Below are positions 1 through 9,229 of a DNA stretch of 64,000 bases, piece by piece. The first letter of the stretch is position 1. The number at the start of each line of letters is the position of its first letter. The stretch lies in assembly GCA_947599835.1 (NCBI GenBank), contig CANQFQ010000002.1, forward strand, positions 35,402-99,401, in the 5' to 3' direction. Under the pieces are notes generated by a model. It saw only the letters and a list, made by a program, of their open reading frames with translations, was not told the origin of the DNA and searched no databases. Made by a program: the position numbers and the translations under genes. Source of the DNA: an uncultured Bacilli bacterium. GTDB lineage: Bacteria > Bacillota_I > Bacilli_A > RFN20 > CAG-631.

Positions 1-1
1 T

Positions 2-889
2 TTGTTAGATCTTGGACTCAATGAAACTTTATCTTATACGTTAATTAGTAAATCAACAGCCCTTTATTATGATGTTTTTGATCACGATGATTTTATTGTT
101 TTAAATCACCCTTTGACCGTTGAAAAAGAATATTTACGAAAAAATTTAATGCCTAGTTTGTTACAAACGATTGCTTATAATCAAGCAAGAAAGATCGAAC
201 AAGTGGCCATTTTTGAAATGTCAAATGTATATAGTCAACAAAATGAAGGTGAAAAATTAGCGATTGCGATTTCCAATGGTTTGAATACGACTCAACATTT
301 TAACGATAGAAAGGTTGATTTCTATATGATTAAAGGAATTGTCGAAGGATTACTTGCTTTGTTTGGTATCGATGCTACGCGATATGCATTTGAAAACTTT
401 GATAAATATTATCCAAAGCAAATTTTAATGCATCCTGGAAAATCTGCAGTGCTCAAAATTAATGGACAAATTTTTGGATTCTTAGGAGAAGTTCATCCAC
501 AAACGTTACAAAGAGAAAATCTTGCTCCAACTTTATATTTTGAATTAGATTTAAAAAAATTTATGGAATTAAAAACCAATAAAATAAAATATCAACCTAT
601 TTCTAAATTTCCACCGGTAAATAGGGATATCGCTTTACTTGTTAAAGCAGACCTACCCGTCATTCAATTGATTAAAACCATAAAAAAAGCGGGTGGCAGT
701 TTACTTCAAAAGGTTGAAGTTTTCGATGTATATCAAGGTGAACATGTTCAAAGCGAATATAAATCAGTTGCATTGACGATGACCTTTGTTGATAGCACTA
801 AAACTTTGCTAGATGCAGATATACAGCAAATCTTTAATAAAATTTATGAAGCTTGTCAAAAAGAATGTCAAGCCGAAATAAGAAAATAA
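2..889 (+). CDS. pheT: phenylalanine--tRNA ligase beta subunit, C-terminal part (5' end lies outside window)
   Basis: ORF open to window start; C-terminal B3/4 and FDX-ACB-like region (…FDVYQGEHVQSEYKSVALTMTFVDSTKTL…) typical of PheT C-terminus. Confidence 0.85.
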   Translation: MLDLGLNETLSYTLISKSTALYYDVFDHDDFIVLNHPLTVEKEYLRKNLMPSLLQTIAYNQARKIEQVAIFEMSNVYSQQNEGEKLAIAISNGLNTTQHFNDRKVDFYMIKGIVEGLLALFGIDATRYAFENFDKYYPKQILMHPGKSAVLKINGQIFGFLGEVHPQTLQRENLAPTLYFELDLKKFMELKTNKIKYQPISKFPPVNRDIALLVKADLPVIQLIKTIKKAGGSLLQKVEVFDVYQGEHVQSEYKSVALTMTFVDSTKTLLDADIQQIFNKIYEACQKECQAEIRK

Positions 890-1028
890 GTTTTTATTTG
901 CTCCGTCTTTTTGTTAAAAAAGCAGGATTAAACTACTTGCACATCGACACGCTTTTAAAGCAAGAATACGATTTTAAAACTAAGAAATTGTTCGTTTTTA
1001 TCCTGTGAGGAATATTAAATATTTTAAG

Positions 1029-1057
1029 TTGACAGTTTTTATTAAAATAAGTATAAT
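1029..1057 (+). promoter_or_regulatory. sigma-A type promoter, TTGACA-17-TATAAT (perfect consensus) upstream of rpmF
   Basis: TTGACA at 1029-1034, 17-nt spacer, TATAAT at 1052-1057; ~35 nt upstream of rpmF RBS GGAGGTG. Confidence 0.6.
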
Positions 1058-1092
1058 TTATATGCTAATTTGTTTACCTAGGAGGTGTAAAT

Positions 1093-1272
1093 ATGGCAGT
1101 ACCAAAGAGAAGAACATCAAAAACAGTAAAAAAACAACGTAGATCTCACGCTGCTTTAGATGCTGTACAATTAGGTGTTTGTCCAAATTGTGGGGCAAAG
1201 GTTTTACCGCATCACGCATGTCCAGAATGTGGACAATATAACGGCAAACAAATCAAAGAAAAAGCTGAATAA
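1093..1272 (+). CDS. rpmF: 50S ribosomal protein L32 (Cys4 zinc-ribbon form)
   Basis: 59-aa ORF MAVPKRRTSKTVKKQRRSHAALDAVQLGVCPNCGAKVLPHHACPECGQYNGKQIKEKAE; RBS GGAGGTG 5 nt upstream; missing from ORF track because <60 aa. Confidence 0.9.
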   Translation: MAVPKRRTSKTVKKQRRSHAALDAVQLGVCPNCGAKVLPHHACPECGQYNGKQIKEKAE

Positions 1273-1291
1273 TCATTGATAAAAATTAAGG

Positions 1292-1324
1292 TTGAAATGG
1301 ATGGATATTTCAATCTTTTTTTTG
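1292..1324 (+). terminator. Rho-independent terminator after rpmF
   Basis: stem TTGAAAT / ATTTCAA with 8-nt loop followed by TCTTTTTTTTG; AT-rich weak stem. Confidence 0.4.
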
Positions 1325-1388
1325 TTTTAATCTTTGAATAATTTTGATAAAATATAAATATAAGAAATTATGATTAGGAGATGATATT

Positions 1389-2729
1389 TTGGATTGCACA
1401 AAGTTAAATATGTTTATCCTTCGACAAGCAGAACTGAATCCTCAATTGAAAATGTCTGCCTTGGCGAAATCATTAAAAATCAAATCAGATGAATTAATAA
1501 AATATCTTACTTCTGACTTAGATATGGATATTCAATTATACTTACGATTAATTGAGCTTTTAAAAGCTGATTTAGATGAAGTCGTTTTTTGCAAAGAAAA
1601 CATAAAAAATGCTCGCTTTGTTTCTAAATTTGAAAGTGCAATAAAAAATGGAAAAGATGCAATCGATGCATTATACAAGCAAAAAACAAATTTGTTTGAA
1701 GAAGATAGTTATGGATATTATCTATTAGAGTATGCGATGGAGCAAAAAAATATAGAGATTGTTGACTATATTTTATCTAAAAAGTATTTTAAATTATGCG
1801 ATGATCATTATTTAAAAAAACATCCTATAAATACGGATAAAGAATTAGAATATTGCTTTCATGTTCTCGTATTTATTTTAAAATATCAATTAAAATCGCA
1901 TTATGCATTAATTGTTAAATTTAATCAATACAATCATGGAATATTAAGCAATTTGTCAGAAGAATATAAATATGCCTTTTTATATTATTTAGATAAGAAT
2001 CAAATGAGTGAAATGTTAGATTTGATTTTCAAACAAAAAGTGAAAAGTAATATTTTAACGGCTAAAGCAGGGGAAGAACCATTTAATTATTTCTATTTAA
2101 CAAAATATGCGATACAGTATCATTTCAATTTTTTAGCTAGTTATTTAGGAAAAGTAATGGTTGAATTTAAAGATTTCATTTTAGAAGCGGATAAAAATCA
2201 TTATCCAGATGGAATACTCGCTTTTATTCAAAACATGGATAGTGAAAATCTCAAAAAAATGAAAGGCTTTAAAACGGATGCGCAATCGATTTTTATGAAA
2301 TATTGTAAAGAAAAAAATAATTTAATCGTTCAAAATTTAATTGATAAAAAGATTTATGGTGATGTTAATGAAGGATTTGACAATGCTTTAAAAGAAAATA
2401 ATGAAGCACTTTATCAATATATCATTCAACACGCTTATGAAGATATTGATAAAAATAATGCGTTAACCATGGCCTGCAAAACGAATCACTTTCAACTTAT
2501 TGAATTATTTTTAAAAGATGCATCCGATAAAACTAAAAATGAAGTATTAAAAAATGTCAAAGATGATCCTAAAACGATGGTATTATTGCTAAAGTCTGGA
2601 GCAAAATTTGAAAATCATTCAAAATCCTTACCACAAATGAATTTAGTGATTCAATATTTGATCCAAGGTGAGGATAAAGTTAGTGAAGAAGAAAAAAATA
2701 CTCATAAGAAAAGAAAAAAGAACTTGTAA
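1389..2729 (+). CDS. ankyrin-repeat-containing cytoplasmic protein (hypothetical), TTG start predicted
   Basis: 446-aa ORF; repeats fitting ankyrin consensus (…GYYLLEYAMEQKNIEIVDYILSKK…, …NNALTMACKTNHFQLIELFLKDASD…, …TMVLLLKSGAKFEN…); AGGAG 9 nt upstream of TTG 1389; alternative in-frame ATG at 1410; Lys-rich C-terminus. Confidence 0.55.
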   Translation: MDCTKLNMFILRQAELNPQLKMSALAKSLKIKSDELIKYLTSDLDMDIQLYLRLIELLKADLDEVVFCKENIKNARFVSKFESAIKNGKDAIDALYKQKTNLFEEDSYGYYLLEYAMEQKNIEIVDYILSKKYFKLCDDHYLKKHPINTDKELEYCFHVLVFILKYQLKSHYALIVKFNQYNHGILSNLSEEYKYAFLYYLDKNQMSEMLDLIFKQKVKSNILTAKAGEEPFNYFYLTKYAIQYHFNFLASYLGKVMVEFKDFILEADKNHYPDGILAFIQNMDSENLKKMKGFKTDAQSIFMKYCKEKNNLIVQNLIDKKIYGDVNEGFDNALKENNEALYQYIIQHAYEDIDKNNALTMACKTNHFQLIELFLKDASDKTKNEVLKNVKDDPKTMVLLLKSGAKFENHSKSLPQMNLVIQYLIQGEDKVSEEEKNTHKKRKKNL

Positions 2730-2747
2730 GTTTTGCAAGTTCTTTTT
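2716..2747 (+). terminator. Rho-independent terminator overlapping stop codon of ankyrin-repeat gene
   Basis: 11-bp perfect stem AAAAGAACTTG / CAAGTTCTTTT, 9-nt loop, followed by T-run; stop TAA lies in the loop. Confidence 0.6.
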
Positions 2748-2807
2748 AGGTAGAAGCACAATGCGAAGCGCTTCAAATGAATACTTTGTAATATGGGAAG
2801 TGATAAA

Positions 2808-3599
2808 ATGCAACAATTACTTACTTGGCATCCTTTGTTGCTTGCATTTCTGGCCACCCTATTTACTTGGTTTTTAACCTTTCTAGGCGCTATGATGGTT
2901 TGTTTTTTTAAAAAGGTAAATACAAATTTTTTAGATATTATGTTAGGTTTTGGAGCAGGAGTCATGATTGCTGCTAGCTTTTGGTCCTTACTAGCTCCAG
3001 CAATAGAACTATCCATCCAATTACATATGAGTGCGTGGATTTTACCTTCGATTGGTTTTATAACTGGAGGCTTATTTGTAATCATTGCCGATAAGTTTTT
3101 AGATAAAATTATCGTGACGCAACAACAGGGGAATCCTTCTAAAAAAAGAAGTATATTATTAGTGCTTGCAGTCACTTTGCATAATATTCCTGAGGGGCTT
3201 GCAGTTGGTGTAGCATTTGGAGGTTTATTTGCCGATGCGACGATGGCCACTTTAATTGGAGCAATGATGCTCGCTTTAGGGATTGGTTTACAAAATTTTC
3301 CTGAAGGCGCAGCGGTTTCATTGCCTTTAAGAAGAGAAGGTTATTCCATTAAAAAAAGTCTGTTTTATGGTCAATTAAGTGGCATAGTCGAACCCATTAG
3401 TGGGGTGTTAGGCTGTCTTGCTGCCATTTCGATTCAAACGATTTTACCATTTTTACTTGCCTTTAGTGCAGGAGCCATGATTTGTGTCGTTTCTAGTGAA
3501 TTAATTCCTGAAGCATGTAGAAATCATAAAAATTTAGCTTCTTTTGGAGTCATGATAGGATTTGTTATTATGATGATTTTAGATGTCGCCTTAGGGTAA
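2808..3599 (+). CDS. zupT: ZIP family divalent metal (zinc) transporter, ZupT/GufA-like
   Basis: multi-TM protein with HNIPEGLAVGV and NFPEGAAV motifs characteristic of ZIP/ZupT; start ATG 2808 (GGGAAG upstream) preferred over ATG 2793. Confidence 0.8.
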   Translation: MQQLLTWHPLLLAFLATLFTWFLTFLGAMMVCFFKKVNTNFLDIMLGFGAGVMIAASFWSLLAPAIELSIQLHMSAWILPSIGFITGGLFVIIADKFLDKIIVTQQQGNPSKKRSILLVLAVTLHNIPEGLAVGVAFGGLFADATMATLIGAMMLALGIGLQNFPEGAAVSLPLRREGYSIKKSLFYGQLSGIVEPISGVLGCLAAISIQTILPFLLAFSAGAMICVVSSELIPEACRNHKNLASFGVMIGFVIMMILDVALG

Positions 3600-3713
3600 A
3601 TGATTTCAAAAGATAAAGATAGCCAAATATATAAATTTATTATATAATACAAATAACGGAGGAAATTATAAAGTTTTTCAAATTTGGAGTAATTTTATAA
3701 TTGATAAGCAAAT

Positions 3714-6386
3714 ATGAATAAAAATATTAAATATGCATTTCTAGTTATTTTTTCGGCCATTCTTTCTTTAACAAGTTGTGCAAAAAAAGCAAATAATCGT
3801 AGCAGTAGTAGTGAAGAACCCTATATTCGTGATTCACATTATTTTTGGTCCATTGATGAACAAGAATATTTGCATCGTCAAGTGGACTTAGTTGTTGGTT
3901 CAACATTAGAATCTACGGGTACATTGACCACCAAAATTGGTTCTCATACTTTTGATGAAGATACTTCCATTCAAATCCAATCGACATTAAATTATATTGG
4001 GGATACAATTAATTCAGATAATTCTAATAATGCTGCAGATTATTTGTATGTGAATGGTCAAAAATTGAAAAAAATTGTTTCCGATGGTAGTAAAGGGGTA
4101 ACCATTGATGAAAATCTTTTCGTTTTAGGAGAAAATATTTTAACCATTAAAATTGGTCCTTATTGGAGTACAAATGATTATGATGAGTCCAAAAATCATG
4201 GAAATAAATGGCAAAATTGTGATGATTTTAGTTTGACCGATGTTCATTTAACTTTACCGACCAACGCAAAATTATACCCTACAACCATCGTTCGTTATTA
4301 TCCAATTGCGGTTGGAAAACCTGTAAGTAACAATAATTTAAAAACTGTTGAAGAACCTTATGATCCTGCAAAAACAGAACGTTTAGGAGATGGTTGGGGT
4401 CCTGATGGCAGTGGTGTTTATCATGATAGTTACTATGGAAGTACAGAATTAGAAGGAAGATACAATATTCCATTTAAAGTAGATTTTGTATTCAATTATC
4501 CTAAATTTAACTATCATACTTTTAAAATGGATACCAGTGTAGTTGAAGATGGAAATTACAACGTTGCTTTATATGATGAAAATAAAAAATTAATTCAACA
4601 ATCCATGATTGTGGATAATACAGCACCGACAATCCATAGTAATATTCAAGATAATTCGATTGTAAATATTGATGTAGAAAAATTAGAAGGTACTTTTTCT
4701 GATTCTTTAAGTGGCTTAGAAGAAAGTTATGTGAAAATTGACGGACAAACTTGTGAAATTCCATGTACCTTTGATGCTAATTTGAATCAAGGAAAACATA
4801 CCATTTTGTTTTATGCCAAAGATAAAGCGCAAAATACCACTTATAAACCAATTGAATTTTATGCTAGTGAAGTAGGAAAATTTAAAAATTATCAAAAAAC
4901 GAATACGGCGACAGAAATTCAATATACTTCAGAGGATGCATTTAAAACGACCTATTATCAAGCACAATTAGCTAATGTAACTTTAAAACAAGGAAAGATG
5001 AATACTAGTGAATTTTCTAGTTTAACTTTACCATCGACAACGTCAATTACAGATGGGATTCCTTATCATAGTATGACATTTACTGTAAGCAATGAAACCA
5101 CGAAAGTTTTTGTAAAATATGATGGAGGTACAAATGAGTTTGAACGGTATGCCATTAAAGCAAAAAATGTTCAAACACAACAAATGGATACCCTAATTAC
5201 TGGTTATGGTCAAGAAGTTCTAGAATTTGAAATGGATGTCACGAATTATGTAACCCAAAATCAAGTTGAACTTTTCATTACGAATGATTTAGTAACGAAT
5301 GGTGGGGACACTTTAATGTGGGTTACGGATACACAACATTATACAAAATTCGATGATTTAAATGAAATGTTATACAATATGATGGAATATTGTATACAAC
5401 GTTATAATTCGGGTAGAGCTGCTTATTTTTTACATACCGGAGATTTAGTAGATGATAATATTGTAGGTACTGCAGATAGAAACTTGGTTACAAAAGAATG
5501 GCAAATTGCCTCTCGTGCCCATAAAATTATTGAAGATGCAAATATGCCTAATGGCGTTGTTACCGGTAATCATGATACGAGTTCTTCATTACAAACATTA
5601 ACTTATGAAGATTACGGAAAATATTTTGGACAAGATCGTTTTAATCAAAAACCTTGGTATGGGGGTTCCTTAAATAATAATGCCAGTCATTATGATTTAG
5701 TTACCATTGCCGATATTGATTTTATGTTTGTTTATCTAGGTTATGGTGTTGAAGGCGATGCCGATACCATTGGATGGGCAAATAATGTTATTCAACGTTA
5801 TCCTCATCGAAATGTCGTTTTAGCTACGCATGATTATCTGGCTTATAATAATGGAAACGGCAGTGCTTCTCCAACGTCTCGATATAATGAAATTTTTAAT
5901 CAAATTATTGTTCCAAATGACAATGTGATTATGGTTTTATGTGGTCATGATAACGGTGCTTTTAATCGTAGTGTAAACGTTCCAAATTCATCACGTGTAG
6001 TTCACGAAATTTTATCTGATTATCAATTTGTTGATTTAGATCCAGACCCATCCAAACATAAAATTGGAAGTGTGACAGGTTGTAGTGGTAGTGGATTTTT
6101 AAGAGAACTACGATTTACGAAACAAGGAATGTTTGCTTCAACGTATTCTCCATGGTTCAAACAAACGAATCCATTTGGAGCTGCTAAGGATAATTTTTCA
6201 TTGTCAATTAGTTATGTGCAAAATCAACGATTATTAGTTTCCAATAGTATTGAAGTTTATGCATTGTCTAGTCCAACCACAGCGAGCCGTTTTGAAACTT
6301 CTCAAACAATTCCATACAATTCAAGTAATAAATATGTAGTTCGTTTAGAAGATGAAAAGGGAAATTATACTTACGAATTAATTTAA
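3714..6386 (+). CDS. large lipoprotein with C-terminal calcineurin-like metallophosphoesterase domain
   Basis: signal peptide plus lipobox LSLTSC; phosphoesterase motifs HTGDLVDDN…ADRN, VTGNHDTSS, LCGHDNGA, ATHDYL in residues ~540-760; N-terminal ~500 aa without recognisable motifs. Confidence 0.7.
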   Translation: MNKNIKYAFLVIFSAILSLTSCAKKANNRSSSSEEPYIRDSHYFWSIDEQEYLHRQVDLVVGSTLESTGTLTTKIGSHTFDEDTSIQIQSTLNYIGDTINSDNSNNAADYLYVNGQKLKKIVSDGSKGVTIDENLFVLGENILTIKIGPYWSTNDYDESKNHGNKWQNCDDFSLTDVHLTLPTNAKLYPTTIVRYYPIAVGKPVSNNNLKTVEEPYDPAKTERLGDGWGPDGSGVYHDSYYGSTELEGRYNIPFKVDFVFNYPKFNYHTFKMDTSVVEDGNYNVALYDENKKLIQQSMIVDNTAPTIHSNIQDNSIVNIDVEKLEGTFSDSLSGLEESYVKIDGQTCEIPCTFDANLNQGKHTILFYAKDKAQNTTYKPIEFYASEVGKFKNYQKTNTATEIQYTSEDAFKTTYYQAQLANVTLKQGKMNTSEFSSLTLPSTTSITDGIPYHSMTFTVSNETTKVFVKYDGGTNEFERYAIKAKNVQTQQMDTLITGYGQEVLEFEMDVTNYVTQNQVELFITNDLVTNGGDTLMWVTDTQHYTKFDDLNEMLYNMMEYCIQRYNSGRAAYFLHTGDLVDDNIVGTADRNLVTKEWQIASRAHKIIEDANMPNGVVTGNHDTSSSLQTLTYEDYGKYFGQDRFNQKPWYGGSLNNNASHYDLVTIADIDFMFVYLGYGVEGDADTIGWANNVIQRYPHRNVVLATHDYLAYNNGNGSASPTSRYNEIFNQIIVPNDNVIMVLCGHDNGAFNRSVNVPNSSRVVHEILSDYQFVDLDPDPSKHKIGSVTGCSGSGFLRELRFTKQGMFASTYSPWFKQTNPFGAAKDNFSLSISYVQNQRLLVSNSIEVYALSSPTTASRFETSQTIPYNSSNKYVVRLEDEKGNYTYELI

Positions 6387-6450
6387 GCAAATCCAAGGAA
6401 ATTGGAAAAATCGTAGATATGGATCCTTTTCCATGGTAATAAATTTTAAA

Positions 6451-6491
6451 AAAAAGAACTGTGCTTTTATTATATGAGTACAGTTCTTTTT
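6451..6491. terminator. bidirectional Rho-independent terminator between convergent genes
   Basis: 11-bp perfect inverted repeat AAAAGAACTGT … ACAGTTCTTTT, 17-nt loop, A-run upstream and T-run downstream. Confidence 0.6.
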
Positions 6492-6512
6492 ACAAAAAAA
6501 TTAAAATAGTTT

Positions 6513-7289
6513 TTAAATCGAAGGCATTACATTACCGCCACAAACAGGCAGATAACAACCTGTAATATAACTCGCTAGATCACTAGCCAAAAATAATACG
6601 GCATTCGCCACTTCTTGATCGGTTCCCCTTCTTTTTAATGGAATATGGATATCACTTTCAGGTTGCACTTCACTATGATTTTCGCGATCTCTATCTGAAA
6701 TTGTCCATCCAGGAGCAATTTCATTCACGGTAATATGATAGGCTCCTAATTCTTTTGCTAAAACTTTTATGATGCCATCCATTCCCCTTTTAGCAGCGGC
6801 ATAGGCCCCTTGGGTAGGATAACATTGCATTGCACATTCTGTATTAATTCCAATGATTCGTCCATATTTTTTTGCTATCATTGCTGGTGCAAAGGCTTTC
6901 GCCATACAAACTTGTTGCAAAACACAACTTTGATATTGACTATCAAAATCTTCTATGCTTTGTTCTAAAATGGGTTTCCACGAATAACTAATCACCGCAT
7001 TGTTTACAATAATATCTGGCATGAAAAATTCTTTTTCAATTTTATTTTTCATTGCTAAAACACTTTCTAAATTGCAAATATCTGCTTGAACGATGAAACA
7101 TTTTACTTGATAAGAAAGTATTTCTTGTTTTAATTTTTGTGCCATGATTTCATTTTTGTGATAATGTAAAATGATATTTGCACCTGCTTTTGCTAAAGTT
7201 CTTACCATTACGCGACCTAACTGTCCTGTTGCACCAGTGACGAGCGCTGTTTTATTTTTTAAATCGATGGATATCATAGTTTCATTCAA
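6513..7289 (-). CDS. SDR family oxidoreductase (FabG-like short-chain dehydrogenase)
   Basis: N-terminal TALVTGATGQLG Rossmann motif, catalytic YAAAK motif, 258 aa. Confidence 0.8.
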   Translation of the reverse strand: MNETMISIDLKNKTALVTGATGQLGRVMVRTLAKAGANIILHYHKNEIMAQKLKQEILSYQVKCFIVQADICNLESVLAMKNKIEKEFFMPDIIVNNAVISYSWKPILEQSIEDFDSQYQSCVLQQVCMAKAFAPAMIAKKYGRIIGINTECAMQCYPTQGAYAAAKRGMDGIIKVLAKELGAYHITVNEIAPGWTISDRDRENHSEVQPESDIHIPLKRRGTDQEVANAVLFLASDLASYITGCYLPVCGGNVMPSI

Positions 7290-7359
7290 TCATTTAGTTA
7301 TCAATACTAAATTTATTTTCCTTTCATTTTAGTGTTAAGAGAAGGGTTGAAACGACCCA

Positions 7360-9021
7360 TTATATAGAGATAATAACCGGTAAAATCATTGGATCTTTAT
7401 TTAATTTGGTTTGTACAATTTGACTAATATTTTTTTTGCAAAGATTTCTTAGTGCAGCAAAATCCACCATACCAGGTTGTTTGATGACATTATACACAGT
7501 GTTTTCAAAACATTTAGCAATTTCAGCAACTAAATCTTGATCATTCTTTAAAAAGATTAAGCCACGCATTTGAACATCGGGTCCAGCCACAATTTCCCGC
7601 GTACTCATGGAAAATGAAATTCCTAAAACCATTACGCCATCTTTGCCTAACTTACGACGATCATTAATCACGATATCACCTACATCGCCAATGCCGATAC
7701 CATCCACCATGATTTCATTACATTCAACATTTTCATGCGTTTGGATTAAATTTCCATTTTCAAAATTAGCCACCATACCATTATCGTAAACTAAAATGTT
7801 CGTATGGTTATATCCTAATTCTTGTGCTAGTTTAGCATTTTCAATCATTTTAATATAATATCCACGCACAGGCATGTAATATTTTGGCCTAAAAATCGAA
7901 AGCATCATTTTTAAATCTTCGGATCCAGCATGCATAGAAATCACTTGTTTAGAATTAAAATTTATAATTTTAGCATTTGTTTGATAAAGTTTATCCAATA
8001 TTTTAGCAAACATTAATTCGGTCCCCGTATGAGGAGGAGAAGCTAATATAATGGAATCATTTTCTGTGATATGAAGTGAATTTTCTTTTTGATTATTCTC
8101 AGCGATTTCAATGAGCGATTGAAATACATTTGTGCCATTTTCCATGACTAAAACAAGGGTGTTCATTTCTAATGCGTTTTTTGTTAGCATCGTTTCAGGA
8201 ATTATCTTTTTTCCATATATTTCTTCTAAAATCTGAATAATTTGTCTTGAATATTCGGTATAAAGCATAATTTTATATTTGTTTTTCTTAGCCGCAGCAA
8301 TGATTTCTTCCAATCCAAAAAAGTTTTGTCCGTATAATGAAATAAAAACCCGTCCTTTTGTGGTGTTTTCTAAAACTTGTGCCACTTTTGATTCAATTTT
8401 ATGATACGGAGATACGGAACCGATATGTGTACTATTATAAGATTCACTTAAAAGGCATAGAACCGGTTTAGATGAAAGAAAACTAATGCGATTAAAATCG
8501 CTCTTATAGGGTTCAGCAGCAGAAAAATCTAAAATATAATCTCCCGTGTAAACAACTAAACCATAAAGTGTTTCAAGCGCATACCCAACGGCTTCACCAG
8601 AACCATGGGTCACCGCAAAGGCATAAACATTTCTTTGATCAATCGTAATATTTTGGTTTCGTTCGATTTCAATAAAATGAATTTGACGATAATTTTTATT
8701 AAATTTTTTTGCCGTTTTGCTGATCATTGCGATCGCTAGTTTCGTTGCATAAACAGGGGCATCTATTTCTTCACAAAGAAATGGGATGGCTCCCATATTT
8801 TCATCATGTGCATGCGTAATAAAAAAAGCTTTAATGCGATCTTTATTTTCAAAAAGATAATTGATTCCTGGTAAGATAATATCGATTCCTAATAAGCTTT
8901 CTTCTGGATATCGAATTCCCGCATCAAAAATATATAAATCATTATTAATGTCTACAACATAACAATTCTTGCCATTTTCATCAAGGCCACCTAATGCAAA
9001 TATTTTAATATGTTCATCCAT
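7360..9021 (-). CDS. rnj: ribonuclease J (metallo-beta-lactamase/beta-CASP RNase)
   Basis: 553 aa, HAHDENMGAIPFL (HxHxDH) motif, overall RNase J1/J2 architecture; RBS GGAGG 8 nt upstream. Confidence 0.88.
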   Translation of the reverse strand: MDEHIKIFALGGLDENGKNCYVVDINNDLYIFDAGIRYPEESLLGIDIILPGINYLFENKDRIKAFFITHAHDENMGAIPFLCEEIDAPVYATKLAIAMISKTAKKFNKNYRQIHFIEIERNQNITIDQRNVYAFAVTHGSGEAVGYALETLYGLVVYTGDYILDFSAAEPYKSDFNRISFLSSKPVLCLLSESYNSTHIGSVSPYHKIESKVAQVLENTTKGRVFISLYGQNFFGLEEIIAAAKKNKYKIMLYTEYSRQIIQILEEIYGKKIIPETMLTKNALEMNTLVLVMENGTNVFQSLIEIAENNQKENSLHITENDSIILASPPHTGTELMFAKILDKLYQTNAKIINFNSKQVISMHAGSEDLKMMLSIFRPKYYMPVRGYYIKMIENAKLAQELGYNHTNILVYDNGMVANFENGNLIQTHENVECNEIMVDGIGIGDVGDIVINDRRKLGKDGVMVLGISFSMSTREIVAGPDVQMRGLIFLKNDQDLVAEIAKCFENTVYNVIKQPGMVDFAALRNLCKKNISQIVQTKLNKDPMILPVIISI

Positions 9022-9072
9022 GATTTTTTAGCCTCCATATTTGAATTTAGAATATGAATTTTAAACATATTC

Positions 9073-9101
9073 ATTATACAAAATACGGCGCCTAAAAACA
9101 A
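9073..9101 (-). promoter_or_regulatory. candidate sigma-A promoter for rnj (TTGTTT-17-TATAAT with TG extension), minus strand
   Basis: reverse complement reads TTGTTTttaggcgccgtattttgTATAAT; leader of ~45 nt begins with small inverted repeat GAATATG…CATATTC. Confidence 0.4.
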
Positions 9102-9195
9102 GATAAAATCGTTCTTTCAATCCTTTGAATTTTCCTCGTCGTTGAAAAAAATTTAAATCTTTTTATTCGTGTTTTTTCTACATAAAAAATATAAA

Positions 9196-9228
9196 AACTT
9201 CGTTTCAATGCCAAACGAAGTTTTAAAA
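9196..9228 (-). terminator. Rho-independent terminator downstream of membrane-protein gene (minus strand), potentially bidirectional
   Basis: 10-bp perfect stem AACTTCGTTT / AAACGAAGTT with 7-nt loop, flanked by A-run and T-run. Confidence 0.6.
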
Positions 9229-9229
9229 A

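Noticed and set aside
2763-2772. Palindrome GAAGCGCTTC upstream of the ZIP transporter as a possible Zur box.
   Set aside because: It does not resemble the Firmicute Zur consensus (TCGTAAT-N-ATTACGA) and is only 10 bp. It is probably a chance palindrome.
2702-3250. Antisense ORFs in the track overlapping well-supported genes. Examples: 2702-3250(-), 4279-4922(-), 7607-7789(+), 21746-22108(+), 48756-49016(-), 63607-63921(-).
   Set aside because: Each lies inside or opposite a gene with strong family-level support and has no RBS. Long open frames on the opposite strand are expected in AT-rich coding DNA and their compositions are low-complexity. I treated them as spurious.
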